This document shows, piece after piece, positions 1-9,169 of a stretch of 59,406 bases of DNA. The position numbers and the translations under genes are program-made. Each line of letters begins with the position of its first letter. Position 1 is the first letter of the stretch. Source of the DNA: an uncultured bacterium. GTDB lineage: Bacteria > Omnitrophota > Gorgyraeia > Ghiorseimicrobiales > Ghiorseimicrobiaceae. A model generated the notes under the pieces. It did not search any database, was not told where the DNA came from, and saw nothing but the letters and a program-made list of their open reading frames with translations. The stretch spans positions 1 through 59,406 of the forward strand of contig CAJVXN010000008.1 of the NCBI GenBank assembly GCA_913009335.1, written 5' to 3'.

Positions 1-127
1 TTGAGTATGTTGAAATGTATTACAATAGGAAAAGGGCGCATTCAACGCTTGGATTTTTAAGCCCTTTTGATTACGAAAAACGTTCTTTACAATCTTTACT
101 AACTGTCCACTAAAGAGGGGAAGGTCA
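1..127 (+). mobile_element. Right end of an IS3-family insertion sequence (transposase C-terminus to 113, terminal IR ending in CA at 127)
   Basis: Frame from position 3 reads EYVEMYYNRKRAHSTLGFLSPFDYE...TVH* (stop 111-113), the typical IS3/IS150 OrfB tail. It is followed by ctgtccactaaagaggggaaggtca, ending in the IS3-type CA. Confidence 0.85.
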
Positions 128-128
128 T

Positions 129-527
129 ATTGTTATTCTGTTTTGTGTAGGCGTTGTGCTTTATAATCTTCCCAATATTATTTCTCCTGTAGAAATGTCA
201 ACACAAAATGATATTTCCCAAAGACTATGGGGTTTAGGTACACTCACCCTTGATCGAGCCTGGGATGAGAATATAGGAGGTTACCGATGTTCATATGCTC
301 TCGTTACATGGGAAAATACAACTACTGACACATTTAATGCAGGAGTTACAATTCAGGCTGTAGCCTATGATTCTAGGGGGCATAAAATTAACGAAAACCA
401 ACGCTCTTTTTTCGTTCACGAACGTGGGCTGATAGTTCCAGGATTTAAAGGGACACTAAAAATCCCTGTTGAGTTGGGAGAGGCACAGTTTGCTCGAATG
501 GAGTGCTCTATTATATCTGCAAGGTAA
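129..527 (+). pseudogene. Hypothetical exported/membrane-anchored protein, 5'-truncated by the IS3 element
   Basis: The ORF-track frame (156..527) stays open back to the IS end and reads a hydrophobic IVILFCVGVVLYNL stretch. No RBS precedes 156. Confidence 0.5.
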
Positions 528-576
528 GTAGATTAAAGAAATTTAGCATAGTAGTAACTAAATATGCATCAGGGAA

Positions 577-1263
577 ATGTCTTATCGTATAACTAATGCC
601 TATATTGAACTTGTATTTTCGCATATTAATGAGCAACTCTTAGATTTGCATAACTATAGTTCATTTTTTGAAGGAACGTTATTAAACATGAGAAAAAATT
701 TAAGTAAATCAGCAGATAATATTTCTTCAAAGCTCCCTAAAAGATATCGATGGAAAGCATTCGACAATATTGGTGAACATTTATTTTACATTGATGATTT
801 ATTTCCTCAGATTCATCGCTCGTCTTTATTCTTAACAATTTATGCTGTTTTTGAATTTGAACTGGATTTTCTCTGCAAAGCTCTACGAAATTATTACAAA
901 TTAAATCTAAAACCAAGTGATTTACAAGGAAAAGGTATTAGACGGTCAGAAAATTACTTTTCAAAAGTTATAAATATTTCTTTTCCTACCAATGTTAAAC
1001 AATGGAGACAAATATGCACCTTAAATAATATTAGGAATTTGATTGCTCATACCAGCGGAATTTTATTACTTGATAATCAAAAATATAAAGAAATTAAAAA
1101 ATATATTCGAAATCATGAAAATATTGATTTGCACGTCATTGAAAATAACATGACCTTTTTAAGATTGAATGAAAAATTTTGTCCTTCGACCGTGGGAACA
1201 ATAAAATCATTTTTTCATGTTTTAAAAACTATAATCGGCAAAAAATTACAAAAAAGTTCCTAA
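577..1263 (+). CDS. Putative HEPN-domain protein (RxxxxH RNase motif)
   Basis: Contains IRNLIAH (Rx4H) and an upstream helical motif SLFLTIYAVFEFEL; very AT-rich. Confidence 0.6.
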   Translation: MSYRITNAYIELVFSHINEQLLDLHNYSSFFEGTLLNMRKNLSKSADNISSKLPKRYRWKAFDNIGEHLFYIDDLFPQIHRSSLFLTIYAVFEFELDFLCKALRNYYKLNLKPSDLQGKGIRRSENYFSKVINISFPTNVKQWRQICTLNNIRNLIAHTSGILLLDNQKYKEIKKYIRNHENIDLHVIENNMTFLRLNEKFCPSTVGTIKSFFHVLKTIIGKKLQKSS

Positions 1264-1333
1264 TAGCTTCATACAGTTGACATTAAATCGCGCCAAAATT
1301 GGCGCACGTTTTAGTTCATCAAAGCCGTTATGT
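1258..1333. other. Degenerate integron attC-like site
   Basis: Begins at the stop codon (tccTAAT, a variant of RYYYAAC), has a central hairpin gcgccaa-aa-ttggcgc, and ends GTTATGT (GTTRRRY-like). Arm pairing is incomplete. Confidence 0.3.
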
Positions 1334-1416
1334 TAAAAGAAAACAAAAATTTATGGGTAGTGTTGAAGGGGCAAAGAGTGGTAGGGTTTGATGAGAGGGA
1401 AAAAGAGAGTTTGCCC

Positions 1417-1449
1417 TTGACAAAGGTTAGCAAATATGCTAACCTTTGT
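1417..1449 (+). promoter_or_regulatory. Sigma70 promoter overlapped by a 13-bp inverted-repeat operator (TA autoregulation)
   Basis: TTGACA (1417-1422), 17-bp spacer, TAACCT (1440-1445). Perfect IR acaaaggttagca-aata-tgctaacctttgt at 1420-1449. Confidence 0.75.
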
Positions 1450-1463
1450 ATAGAAGGCATTTT

Positions 1464-1871
1464 ATGACAATTCGTAAGAAAGAAGATTATATCTTCTGCC
1501 AGGGAGAGAAATTTCAGGTAGAGTTCTATTTTACCGGGGTAGGAAAGATGCCGGCTAAGGAGTATTTAGAAAATGCCTCTTTGGGTGTAAAGGTAAAGCT
1601 GGCTGCCTTAGTGAAATATATTGCTGAGCATGGGAGACTTTTTGATATAACAAAGTTTAGGCAGGTGGACTCAAAAGAGAAAATTTATGAGTTTAAACCA
1701 GCGGGGCATCGTTTCTTTAACTTTTTCTATGAAGGTGGGAAAATAATCATTACTAACGCCTACATGAAAAAATCTCAGAAAGTAAGTAAGAAAGATTTAG
1801 AAAAAGCTAAGACTATGAAGAAAAATTATATTGCTAGAGTCAAAGGGGGTATTTATTATGAAAAGAGCTAA
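1464..1871 (+). CDS. Type II TA toxin, RelE/ParE superfamily (Gp49/HigB-like)
   Basis: Motifs VEFYFT..GKMPAKEYL, IYEFKP..HRFFNFF and IIITNAYMKKSQK; lies upstream of an HTH gene. ATG at 1464 preferred over TTG at 1446. Confidence 0.8.
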   Translation: MTIRKKEDYIFCQGEKFQVEFYFTGVGKMPAKEYLENASLGVKVKLAALVKYIAEHGRLFDITKFRQVDSKEKIYEFKPAGHRFFNFFYEGGKIIITNAYMKKSQKVSKKDLEKAKTMKKNYIARVKGGIYYEKS

Positions 1872-2172
1872 AACTTATATGGATAAGTTAATGGGGAATA
1901 AAAAATTCCGCGAGAGGTTTGATAAGGAATATCAAAATCTTTGCATTGGAGAACAGATTGCTATGGCGCGGCACCAGGCACATCTGACACAATCTGCTTT
2001 AGCAAAACAGATACATACTACTAAATCAGCTATCTCACGCTACGAGAGCGCTGATTATTCCGGGTATAGCTTCCCGCTTTTGGCGAGAATAGCCAAAGCT
2101 TGCGGGACAGATTTGAAAATTATTTTTGTTGCTACACGAAATAGAAATGATTCACCAGCTGCAAGTTTGTAA
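1858..2172 (+). CDS. XRE/HigA-type HTH antitoxin
   Basis: HTH IAMARHQAHLTQSALAKQIHTTKSAISRYES; overlaps the toxin stop; ggggg RBS before ATG 1858. Confidence 0.8.
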   Translation: MKRAKTYMDKLMGNKKFRERFDKEYQNLCIGEQIAMARHQAHLTQSALAKQIHTTKSAISRYESADYSGYSFPLLARIAKACGTDLKIIFVATRNRNDSPAASL

Positions 2173-2188
2173 AATTTAACCAACGCGT

Positions 2189-2224
2189 AAACCTACGGAA
2201 CTTTTAGTTCCGTGAATGGTTTTA
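2189..2224 (+). terminator. Hairpin after the TA operon (terminator or IS200/IS605-end remnant)
   Basis: acggaact-ttt-agttccgt enclosed by aaacc/ggttt and followed by Ts. Confidence 0.45.
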
Positions 2225-2302
2225 CCAGAAAAGCTTAAGAAAAATTAAACTTTCCGCGTTAATAATTTGTATCGCAGAAAGATAAGTTGATTGGAGCAAG
2301 TT

Positions 2303-2755
2303 ATGAAGGTAAGAGAGGTGATGCAAAAAGATGTGAAAAGCTTATTGCCTGATATGCCTGTAAAAGACGCTTTAGACTTTATTTTCAAGATGCAGATAAG
2401 CGGTTTGCCCGTTATTGACAAAGACAGCAACTTGTTGGGAAGTTTTACGGAGAAAAATGTATTAAAGATTATTCTACCGAGTTATCTTAGCCAGGTAGGG
2501 GGGTTTATTTATGAAGATAATCCTAAGAATATAAAAAATAAATTTACTAAGTTATCAGAATTAAAGATTATTGATGTTATGAGTAAAGGTGCTTATACGA
2601 TAAATGATGACGCATCTTTAAGTGAGGCAGCGCGGATTATGCTTGTTAAGGATATTCGGAGAATACCGGTTTTAAATAAGGGTGAAAAAATAGTAGGGAT
2701 AGTATCAAGGTGTGATATATTGAAGGCCCTTAAGAAAATGGCAGAAGGCAAATGA
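2303..2755 (+). CDS. CBS-domain pair protein
   Basis: Two CBS repeats (ISGLPVID...LLG; IRRIPVL...IVGIVSRCDIL); GGAG RBS before ATG 2303. Confidence 0.9.
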   Translation: MKVREVMQKDVKSLLPDMPVKDALDFIFKMQISGLPVIDKDSNLLGSFTEKNVLKIILPSYLSQVGGFIYEDNPKNIKNKFTKLSELKIIDVMSKGAYTINDDASLSEAARIMLVKDIRRIPVLNKGEKIVGIVSRCDILKALKKMAEGK

Positions 2756-4136
2756 TTAGAAAGTTTATATTATTATTTATTATTTCTATATCAACAGGCC
2801 TGTTGAGTACTACAATAGGTTTTAATTCTCATCAGGCGCTGGCTTTATCTATATTTCTTACTTCTGTTTTGGGGACTTTATTCTTTTGGAGTTTTAGAGT
2901 CGCGTTTGTGTTTGTGGGCTCAAGCCTTTTGCTGCTTACCAATACAATTAATTTTGAAAGTTTTATTAAAGCAGCCTCTCTAGATGTAATTTTGTTTTTG
3001 ATGGGTATGATGGTTGCAGTAGGATTGCTTAAGGATACGGGTTTGTTTGCCTGGATTGTAGGTTTTATGCTGCGGATTAAGAATCTTACGGCAAATAAAT
3101 TCTTGATGGCAATTTGCGTTATTTCGGCCCTGCTTTCCGCTATGACCAGCGAGGTTGTCTCGATTATATTTGTCGTGGCCGCGGTTTTAGAGATTTGCGA
3201 TTATTTTGAGGTGGACCCCGTACCTTTTATTATAATTTCTGTTCTTGCTACTAATATTGGAAGCAGCGCTACGGTATTAGGTAATCCTATTGGTATATTG
3301 ATTGCTACAAAGGCAGGCCTTACATTTGAAGATTTTATTGTTAAGGCTTTTCCTTTAGCGATGATCTGTCTCGTTGTGCTTATATTTATAGTTAAGATTT
3401 GGTATAGAAAAACATTAATTCATCTGGATGCAAAAATTAAAGATTTCGGCGCAAACGAGATGTTGATTAAATTAATATCCGTCCCTATAGAGAGAGAGAG
3501 CTTAAAATAGCTTTATGTATTTTTGGGACAACTTTGTTTTTTATCGGGATGCACCATCGTTTTGAGATTTTACTGGGGTTGGAAAACAACACAATTCTTT
3601 TAACTATGCCTTTACTATCTGCCGGGTGTATAATGTTCTGGAAGTGGCGCAAGGCCCGTGAATTTATAGAGAAAGATGTAGAATGGTGGACACTGGTATT
3701 TTTCTTATTACTTTTTGCTCAGGCAGGCGCCTTGCATTATACCGGGGCAACAGATGTATTAGCAAAATACTTAGCCGGAATTGCCGGGCATAATCAAATT
3801 AGCCTGATTATTTTAATAATTACATCGTCTGCTATTGGTTCAAGTATTCTTGATAACGTGGTATTAGTCGCCGCGTTTATTCCTGTCATACAGAGTTTCA
3901 AGGATATGGGTTTTAATCTTCAGCCTTTCTGGTGGGCCCTTCTTTTTGGCGGGTGTTTTGGGGGTAATATTACACTTGTGGGGTCAACGGCGAATATTGT
4001 CGCTTTAGGTATACTGGAGAAAGAAAGAAATATCAAATTAACCTTTTTACGCTGGTTTTGGATAGGGTTGACTGTGGGCATAGTTAGTATTATTATTGCC
4101 ACAATAGCCCTAATCTTTCTACCGATATATAAATAA
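2752..4136 (+). pseudogene. SLC13/ArsB/NhaD-type anion permease split by a 2-bp frameshift (ORFs 2752..3510 and 3534..4136)
   Basis: Both halves carry permease motifs (ATNIGSSATVLGNP; GGNITLVGSTANIV). Removing one AG from (AG)6 at 3489-3500 joins them as ...PIERELKIALCIFGTTLFFIG. Confidence 0.85.
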
Positions 4137-4726
4137 TGCATAAATTACGCACATATTTTTTAACAGGAATTGCTTTAATTCTCCCTATCCTTATAACTGT
4201 TTATATCCTTGTGGGGCTATTTCGTTTTGTTGATGGTTTATTGGGCAAATATATAAACTACTATTTCCTGCAGAATTTTGGATATACAATTCCCGGATTG
4301 GGTATTTTACTTTTCTTGGTTATTATTTTGGCTATGGGGATTTTCGCTACGAATTTTTTAGGCAAGAGACTCTTGCGCCTGGCAGAAAGAATATTTCTTG
4401 CGATTCCTTTTGTGTCCAAGATTTATCCCCATGCAAAACAATTTATTAATTTTGTGGTAGGTAAAGAGAAACCATCTTTTAAGAAGGTGGTGTTGGTAGA
4501 ATATCCGCGTAAAGGGGTTTATTCGTTAGGATTTGTTATGAATGAAAGGATGCGCCAGATAGAAGAAAAAGTAAAGCAGGAAATAGTTACTGTTCTTATT
4601 CCGATTAGCCCTAATCCGCTTAGTGGATATTTTGTGTTTTTTAATAAAGAAGAAGTAATTTATTTAGATATGAGCGTTGAAGATGGGATGAAACTGGTTA
4701 TTTCCGGCGGCGTTCTGCAGCCTTAA
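4136..4726 (+). CDS. DUF502 family membrane protein
   Basis: Motifs YFLTGIALILP, VVLVEYPRKG, P.SPNPLSGY and MSVEDGMKLVISGG. Confidence 0.9.
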   Translation: MHKLRTYFLTGIALILPILITVYILVGLFRFVDGLLGKYINYYFLQNFGYTIPGLGILLFLVIILAMGIFATNFLGKRLLRLAERIFLAIPFVSKIYPHAKQFINFVVGKEKPSFKKVVLVEYPRKGVYSLGFVMNERMRQIEEKVKQEIVTVLIPISPNPLSGYFVFFNKEEVIYLDMSVEDGMKLVISGGVLQP

Positions 4727-4733
4727 ATGCGTA

Positions 4734-5180
4734 ATGTGCAAGCAATATTCTCGACTATTAGCGGTTATTATATTGTCGTTAACTTTTGTATCTCTAAGCG
4801 TTGCCCTTGATGAGGATAGCGAGAGGGACGACTTCTTTTTAGAAGAGGCCTCTTCTCTTGCATCCGTTCAGGAAGAATTACCCCTAGAACAAAATGAACA
4901 AGAAGAGATAGTTGAGGTAGGCGCAGGCTGGGCATGGGGAGACGTTTTATTTATAGACTTTGATGCCGGACAGTTTGTGGTTAACTATTTAGATTACGAT
5001 AAACTCATTAAAACAGATATTGTTTTGTTTGTTGATGAAAAAACTGTTTTTGAAAATGCGCACGGACTAGACAGAATAGAGATTGATGATAGCGTAAGCG
5101 TAGATTACATAATAACCGATAGTGATAAGAATATAGCCCGTTTAATAACTGTAGAACGTATACAGCAGCTTAATGAATAA
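4734..5180 (+). CDS. Hypothetical exported acidic protein
   Basis: Signal-peptide-like N-terminus, acidic linker and beta-rich C-terminus; in operon context. Confidence 0.6.
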   Translation: MCKQYSRLLAVIILSLTFVSLSVALDEDSERDDFFLEEASSLASVQEELPLEQNEQEEIVEVGAGWAWGDVLFIDFDAGQFVVNYLDYDKLIKTDIVLFVDEKTVFENAHGLDRIEIDDSVSVDYIITDSDKNIARLITVERIQQLNE

Positions 5181-5191
5181 ATTAGTTTTAT

Positions 5192-5833
5192 ATGAAATCT
5201 GGACTTTTAATCTTTGATTTAGACGGAACAATTATTGATGCCTACGGAGCAATAGCAGAGAGTTTTAATTTTACAATGCGCAAACTTGGTCAATCTGCTC
5301 AGCGGGCAACATGCATTAAGAGAGTAGTGGGCCATGGAGATAGAAATCTTCTTGCGCCTTTTGTGCCAAAAAATGTTGTAGATAAGGCATTGAGTGTATA
5401 TCGAAAACATCATCAGTATTCCCTGTTACGAAAGTCAAAACTGCTGCCTTACGCAAAAGCCATTTTGCGCAGCTTGGATAAAGAAGGTGTGAAACTGGCG
5501 ATAGCTTCTAACAGGCCTACGAAATTCTCCCTTATTTTATTGAGACATCTTGGAATTGCGAGTTATTTTGACTATGTTTTATGCGCGGATAAGCTAACGT
5601 TTCGAAAGCCGCATCCGCTAATTTTAAATACAATAATACGAAAACTAAAACTTAACAAGCAAGATACTCTATACGTGGGGGATATGGCCCTTGATGCCGA
5701 AACAGGCAGAAGGGCCGGAATAAAAACTATTATTGTTTTAGGCGGCTCAAGCAGTATCAAGGAGATAAAGAAAGAAAATCCGTTTAAGATCGTAAAAAAC
5801 CTTTCTTACTTGCGCGGGGTTATCAATGAATGA
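5192..5833 (+). CDS. HAD-family hydrolase (phosphoglycolate phosphatase-like)
   Basis: Motifs FDLDGT, KPHP and YVGDMALD. Confidence 0.9.
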   Translation: MKSGLLIFDLDGTIIDAYGAIAESFNFTMRKLGQSAQRATCIKRVVGHGDRNLLAPFVPKNVVDKALSVYRKHHQYSLLRKSKLLPYAKAILRSLDKEGVKLAIASNRPTKFSLILLRHLGIASYFDYVLCADKLTFRKPHPLILNTIIRKLKLNKQDTLYVGDMALDAETGRRAGIKTIIVLGGSSSIKEIKKENPFKIVKNLSYLRGVINE

Positions 5834-5871
5834 TTTATTAACGAGTAATATTGTTAAAAAACATGTAACAG

Positions 5872-6588
5872 ATGAATAAAAAAAATATAAAAAAGAAAAT
5901 AGCGAGTACCTCCGGGCATATTGCCGCTCTTTCAAAGATAAGTCAGGCAATCACATCAGATTATTATCTGGAAGATATATTACGTCTGATTGTGACTGTG
6001 ACTGCTCAAGTTATGGATTCAAAGATCTGTTCGATTATGCTTTTAGATGAAAAAGGGGAGCATCTGCATATACGCGCAACGCAGTCTATATCTGATGCTT
6101 ATAATAAAAAACCTCCGCTTAAAATCGGAGAAGGTATTGCCGGTAAAGTATTATCTATCAATAAGCCGCATAGTGTATATAATATATCGCAAGAAAAAGA
6201 ATATAAGTATAAAAACATTGCGCAAAAAGAAGGCCTGGTTTCTTTGCTATGCGTGCCTTTAGTCGTAAAAAATAAGGCAATAGGGGTAATCAATTTATAT
6301 ACGTCTTCGCCGCATAAATTTACTAAAAACGAAGTCAACGTGTTGACTTCGGTGGCAAATCAGGCGGCATTGGTTATAGAGAATACGCAATTACTGGTAA
6401 AGACTAAGATTATTGAAGAGGAGCTTGAAGCCAGAAAGAGTATTGAACGGGCAAAAGGCATCTTAATGAAAGACAGGAAGATATCTGAAGAAGAGGCTTA
6501 TCGGTTGATACAAAAATATAGCATGGATAGGCGAAAATCTATGAGACAAATTGCCGAGGCAATTATCTTGACTAAAGAGATGAAATAG
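5872..6588 (+). CDS. GAF and ANTAR domain RNA-binding regulator
   Basis: GAF (GEGIAG, SLLCVPL, IGVINLY) followed by ANTAR (RKSIERAKGILM...EEEAYRLIQKYSMDRRKSMRQIAEAI). Confidence 0.9.
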   Translation: MNKKNIKKKIASTSGHIAALSKISQAITSDYYLEDILRLIVTVTAQVMDSKICSIMLLDEKGEHLHIRATQSISDAYNKKPPLKIGEGIAGKVLSINKPHSVYNISQEKEYKYKNIAQKEGLVSLLCVPLVVKNKAIGVINLYTSSPHKFTKNEVNVLTSVANQAALVIENTQLLVKTKIIEEELEARKSIERAKGILMKDRKISEEEAYRLIQKYSMDRRKSMRQIAEAIILTKEMK

Positions 6589-6603
6589 TAATTTAATTAA
6601 ATA

Positions 6604-8283
6604 ATGAATACGCAAAAACTAAGAATTGCTATAGCACAGATAAATGCCAAAGTCGGCGATATATGCGCGAATACAGCTAAGATAAAAGAGTTTGTGAAGC
6701 AAGCGGAGAAACAAGGAAGCGATATGGTTTGTTTCCCTGAACTGGCTATCTGTGGATACCCTCCTGAGGATCTTCTACTAAAAAATAAATTTATTAAGGC
6801 AAATATTTCTGCGCTTAAATCTATAGCCAAATCTTCCGGTGATATTGTGGCTATAGTTGGGTTTGTTGATAAAAAAGGGTCTAATCTGTATAACGCAGCA
6901 GCCTTAATCCATAATAAAAAAATAAAAGCTGTATACCATAAAGCGTTTCTACCTAATTATGGTGTTTTTGATGAGAAAAGGTATTTTAGTGCCGGTAAAG
7001 AATCTCTTGTATTTAAAATAGCAAATGTTAATTTTGGCGTAAATATTTGTGAGGATATCTGGCGTAAGGATGGGCCCTTAAGCTTTCAGGCTAAGGCTGG
7101 GGCAGGACTGATTATAAATATTAACGCCTCTCCCTACTATATGGCTAAAGGTAAAGTCAGAGAGAATTTGTTGAAAAAGCAGGCCAAGCTTAATAAGGTA
7201 TTTATTGTTTATAATAATTTAGTAGGCGGCCAGGATGAGTTGGTCTTTGACGGCCAAAGCATAATTATTGATAATAAAGGTAAGGTAATGTTGCGCGCGC
7301 AAAGTTTCGTTGAAGAATTGCGCCTAATGGATTTAGATGTTCCGTACGCAAAAAACAAAAAACAACATTTAGTAATTAAAAAAAATATTACTAATTCTAA
7401 GCCGGATTTAAAAAATCCGGAAAAGAAAATACTTAACTCTACAGAAGAGGTTTACCAGGCATTGACTTTAGGTTTACGTGATTATGTTAAAAAAAATAAT
7501 TTTAAGAAAGTTATTGTTGGTTTGTCAGGGGGTATAGATTCTTCTTTGGCCGCGGCTTTAGCCGTAGATGCTTTGGGTGCGGATAACGTAAGAGGGGTTT
7601 TCATGCCTTCGAAGTATAGCTCGAAATTGTCAAGAGACGATGCTTATAAATTGGCGAAGAATTTAAATATTTATATAGAGACAATCCCTATAAACGATAT
7701 CTTTGATGTTTACTTATCAGAATTAAAGAAAAGCTTTAAAAAGCGAGCAGCCGATATAACCGAAGAAAATCTTCAGGCACGTATTCGCGGCAATATTCTC
7801 ATGAGCCTTTCGAATAAATTCGGATACTTAGTGCTTACGACAGGTAATAAGTCTGAAGTTTCATGCGGATATTGTACTCTTTATGGTGATATGGCCGGAG
7901 GGTTTAGCATTATAAAAGATGTGCCAAAAATTTTGGTCTATAAACTTGCAAGATTTAGAAATAAAATCAGTAAAGCAGTAGTGATACCTGAGAGCGTAAT
8001 CAATAAGGAACCTACGGCAGAACTTAAACCTAATCAGAAAGATTCAGATTCTTTGCCTAGATATGAGTTATTAGATGCGATATTAAAAAAATATGTTGAG
8101 GAAGATAAAAGTTTAAGTGAGATTACAAGTTTGGGTTTTAATGCCCGGGTTGTTTCAAGGGTGATATCTTTGGTTGATAAAAGTGAGTATAAACGTAGGC
8201 AGTCTGCGCCAGGTATAAAAATTACGCCTAGGGCATTTGGTAGAGATAGGCGTATGCCGATAACAAACGGTTTTAAAGGGTGA
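6604..8283 (+). CDS. nadE: Glutamine-dependent NAD+ synthetase
   Basis: Nitrilase domain (FPEL, LPNYGVFDEKRYF, ICEDIW) plus synthase domain (GLSGGIDS, ENLQARIRG, TGNKSE). Confidence 0.97.
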   Translation: MNTQKLRIAIAQINAKVGDICANTAKIKEFVKQAEKQGSDMVCFPELAICGYPPEDLLLKNKFIKANISALKSIAKSSGDIVAIVGFVDKKGSNLYNAAALIHNKKIKAVYHKAFLPNYGVFDEKRYFSAGKESLVFKIANVNFGVNICEDIWRKDGPLSFQAKAGAGLIININASPYYMAKGKVRENLLKKQAKLNKVFIVYNNLVGGQDELVFDGQSIIIDNKGKVMLRAQSFVEELRLMDLDVPYAKNKKQHLVIKKNITNSKPDLKNPEKKILNSTEEVYQALTLGLRDYVKKNNFKKVIVGLSGGIDSSLAAALAVDALGADNVRGVFMPSKYSSKLSRDDAYKLAKNLNIYIETIPINDIFDVYLSELKKSFKKRAADITEENLQARIRGNILMSLSNKFGYLVLTTGNKSEVSCGYCTLYGDMAGGFSIIKDVPKILVYKLARFRNKISKAVVIPESVINKEPTAELKPNQKDSDSLPRYELLDAILKKYVEEDKSLSEITSLGFNARVVSRVISLVDKSEYKRRQSAPGIKITPRAFGRDRRMPITNGFKG

Positions 8284-8292
8284 GGATGTGGC

Positions 8293-8429
8293 GTCCCCTC
8301 GCGTAAGTACTCGTAAATTTATTCTAAATTTACATCGTACGCTTCTCCGCCAAAAAGCGCGGGACAGGCGGGATTAATTCGGCCAAATAACTTACATCGT
8401 TTACGCTTTGTAAGTTATGGTCTCATTAA
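8293..8429 (+). repeat. Bipartite hairpin repeat family A, copy 1
   Basis: ggcgggattaattcggccaaataacttaca...tgtaagttatggtctcattaa, nearly identical to 27238-27300. Confidence 0.85.
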
Positions 8430-8430
8430 T

Positions 8431-9153
8431 ATGCAGAATATAAATGTTGTTATTTATAGTTTAATTGCAGGGTTTGCCACACTGCTGGGAACGTGCCTGC
8501 TTTTTTTAAATGAAAAATGGGCAAGGAAGAATTCGTTGTATTTAATAAGTTTTGCAGCGGGTGTAATGTTGGCAATTTCATTTTTGAATCTTATGCCTGA
8601 GGCTATTTCTTTGTCTGAGAATGCTCTTTCGGCAGTATTGTTCGGGATATTGGGTTTTTATATCTTACAGCAGATAATAGATTTTCACCCCTGTCATGAT
8701 GAGCAATGCCGTCTGCATAATATGGGGATTTTGTCGTTTACGGGACTGGCTTTTCATTCGCTGCTTGATGGCGTGGTTATCGCTTTAGGGTTTAGCCTAA
8801 ATTACGGTTTGGGAATAATGACGACTACGGCGGTAATATTACATGAATTTCCCGAAGGAATAACTACTACGGGGATACTAATGTATGCAAAAATGAGAAG
8901 ATCCAAAATAATTATCTATTCAGTTATAGTGGCTATGGCAACACCTATAGGCGCGATATTTTTCTATCCTTTTGTAAAGGGGATATCGGATAATGTGCTG
9001 GGCATACTTTTGGGGGTTGCCGCAGGTTCCTTTATATATCTTGCTGTCGCAGATTTTATCCCTCAAATTCATAAGGCGCAGAATAAATTAAACGCGTTAA
9101 TTTTACTTCTAGGGGTTGCATTTTTTGCTGTAATCAGCAGATTAATTCATTAA
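8431..9153 (+). CDS. ZIP family metal transporter
   Basis: Motifs FAAGVML, HSLLDG and LHEFPEG; His-rich loop FHPCHDEQCRLH. Confidence 0.93.
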   Translation: MQNINVVIYSLIAGFATLLGTCLLFLNEKWARKNSLYLISFAAGVMLAISFLNLMPEAISLSENALSAVLFGILGFYILQQIIDFHPCHDEQCRLHNMGILSFTGLAFHSLLDGVVIALGFSLNYGLGIMTTTAVILHEFPEGITTTGILMYAKMRRSKIIIYSVIVAMATPIGAIFFYPFVKGISDNVLGILLGVAAGSFIYLAVADFIPQIHKAQNKLNALILLLGVAFFAVISRLIH

Positions 9154-9169
9154 ATTACACGTGAATCCT

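Noticed and set aside
1329-1466. 45-aa ORF MLKENKNLW... upstream of the toxin
   Set aside because: No RBS, runs through the TA promoter, and has no recognisable motif.
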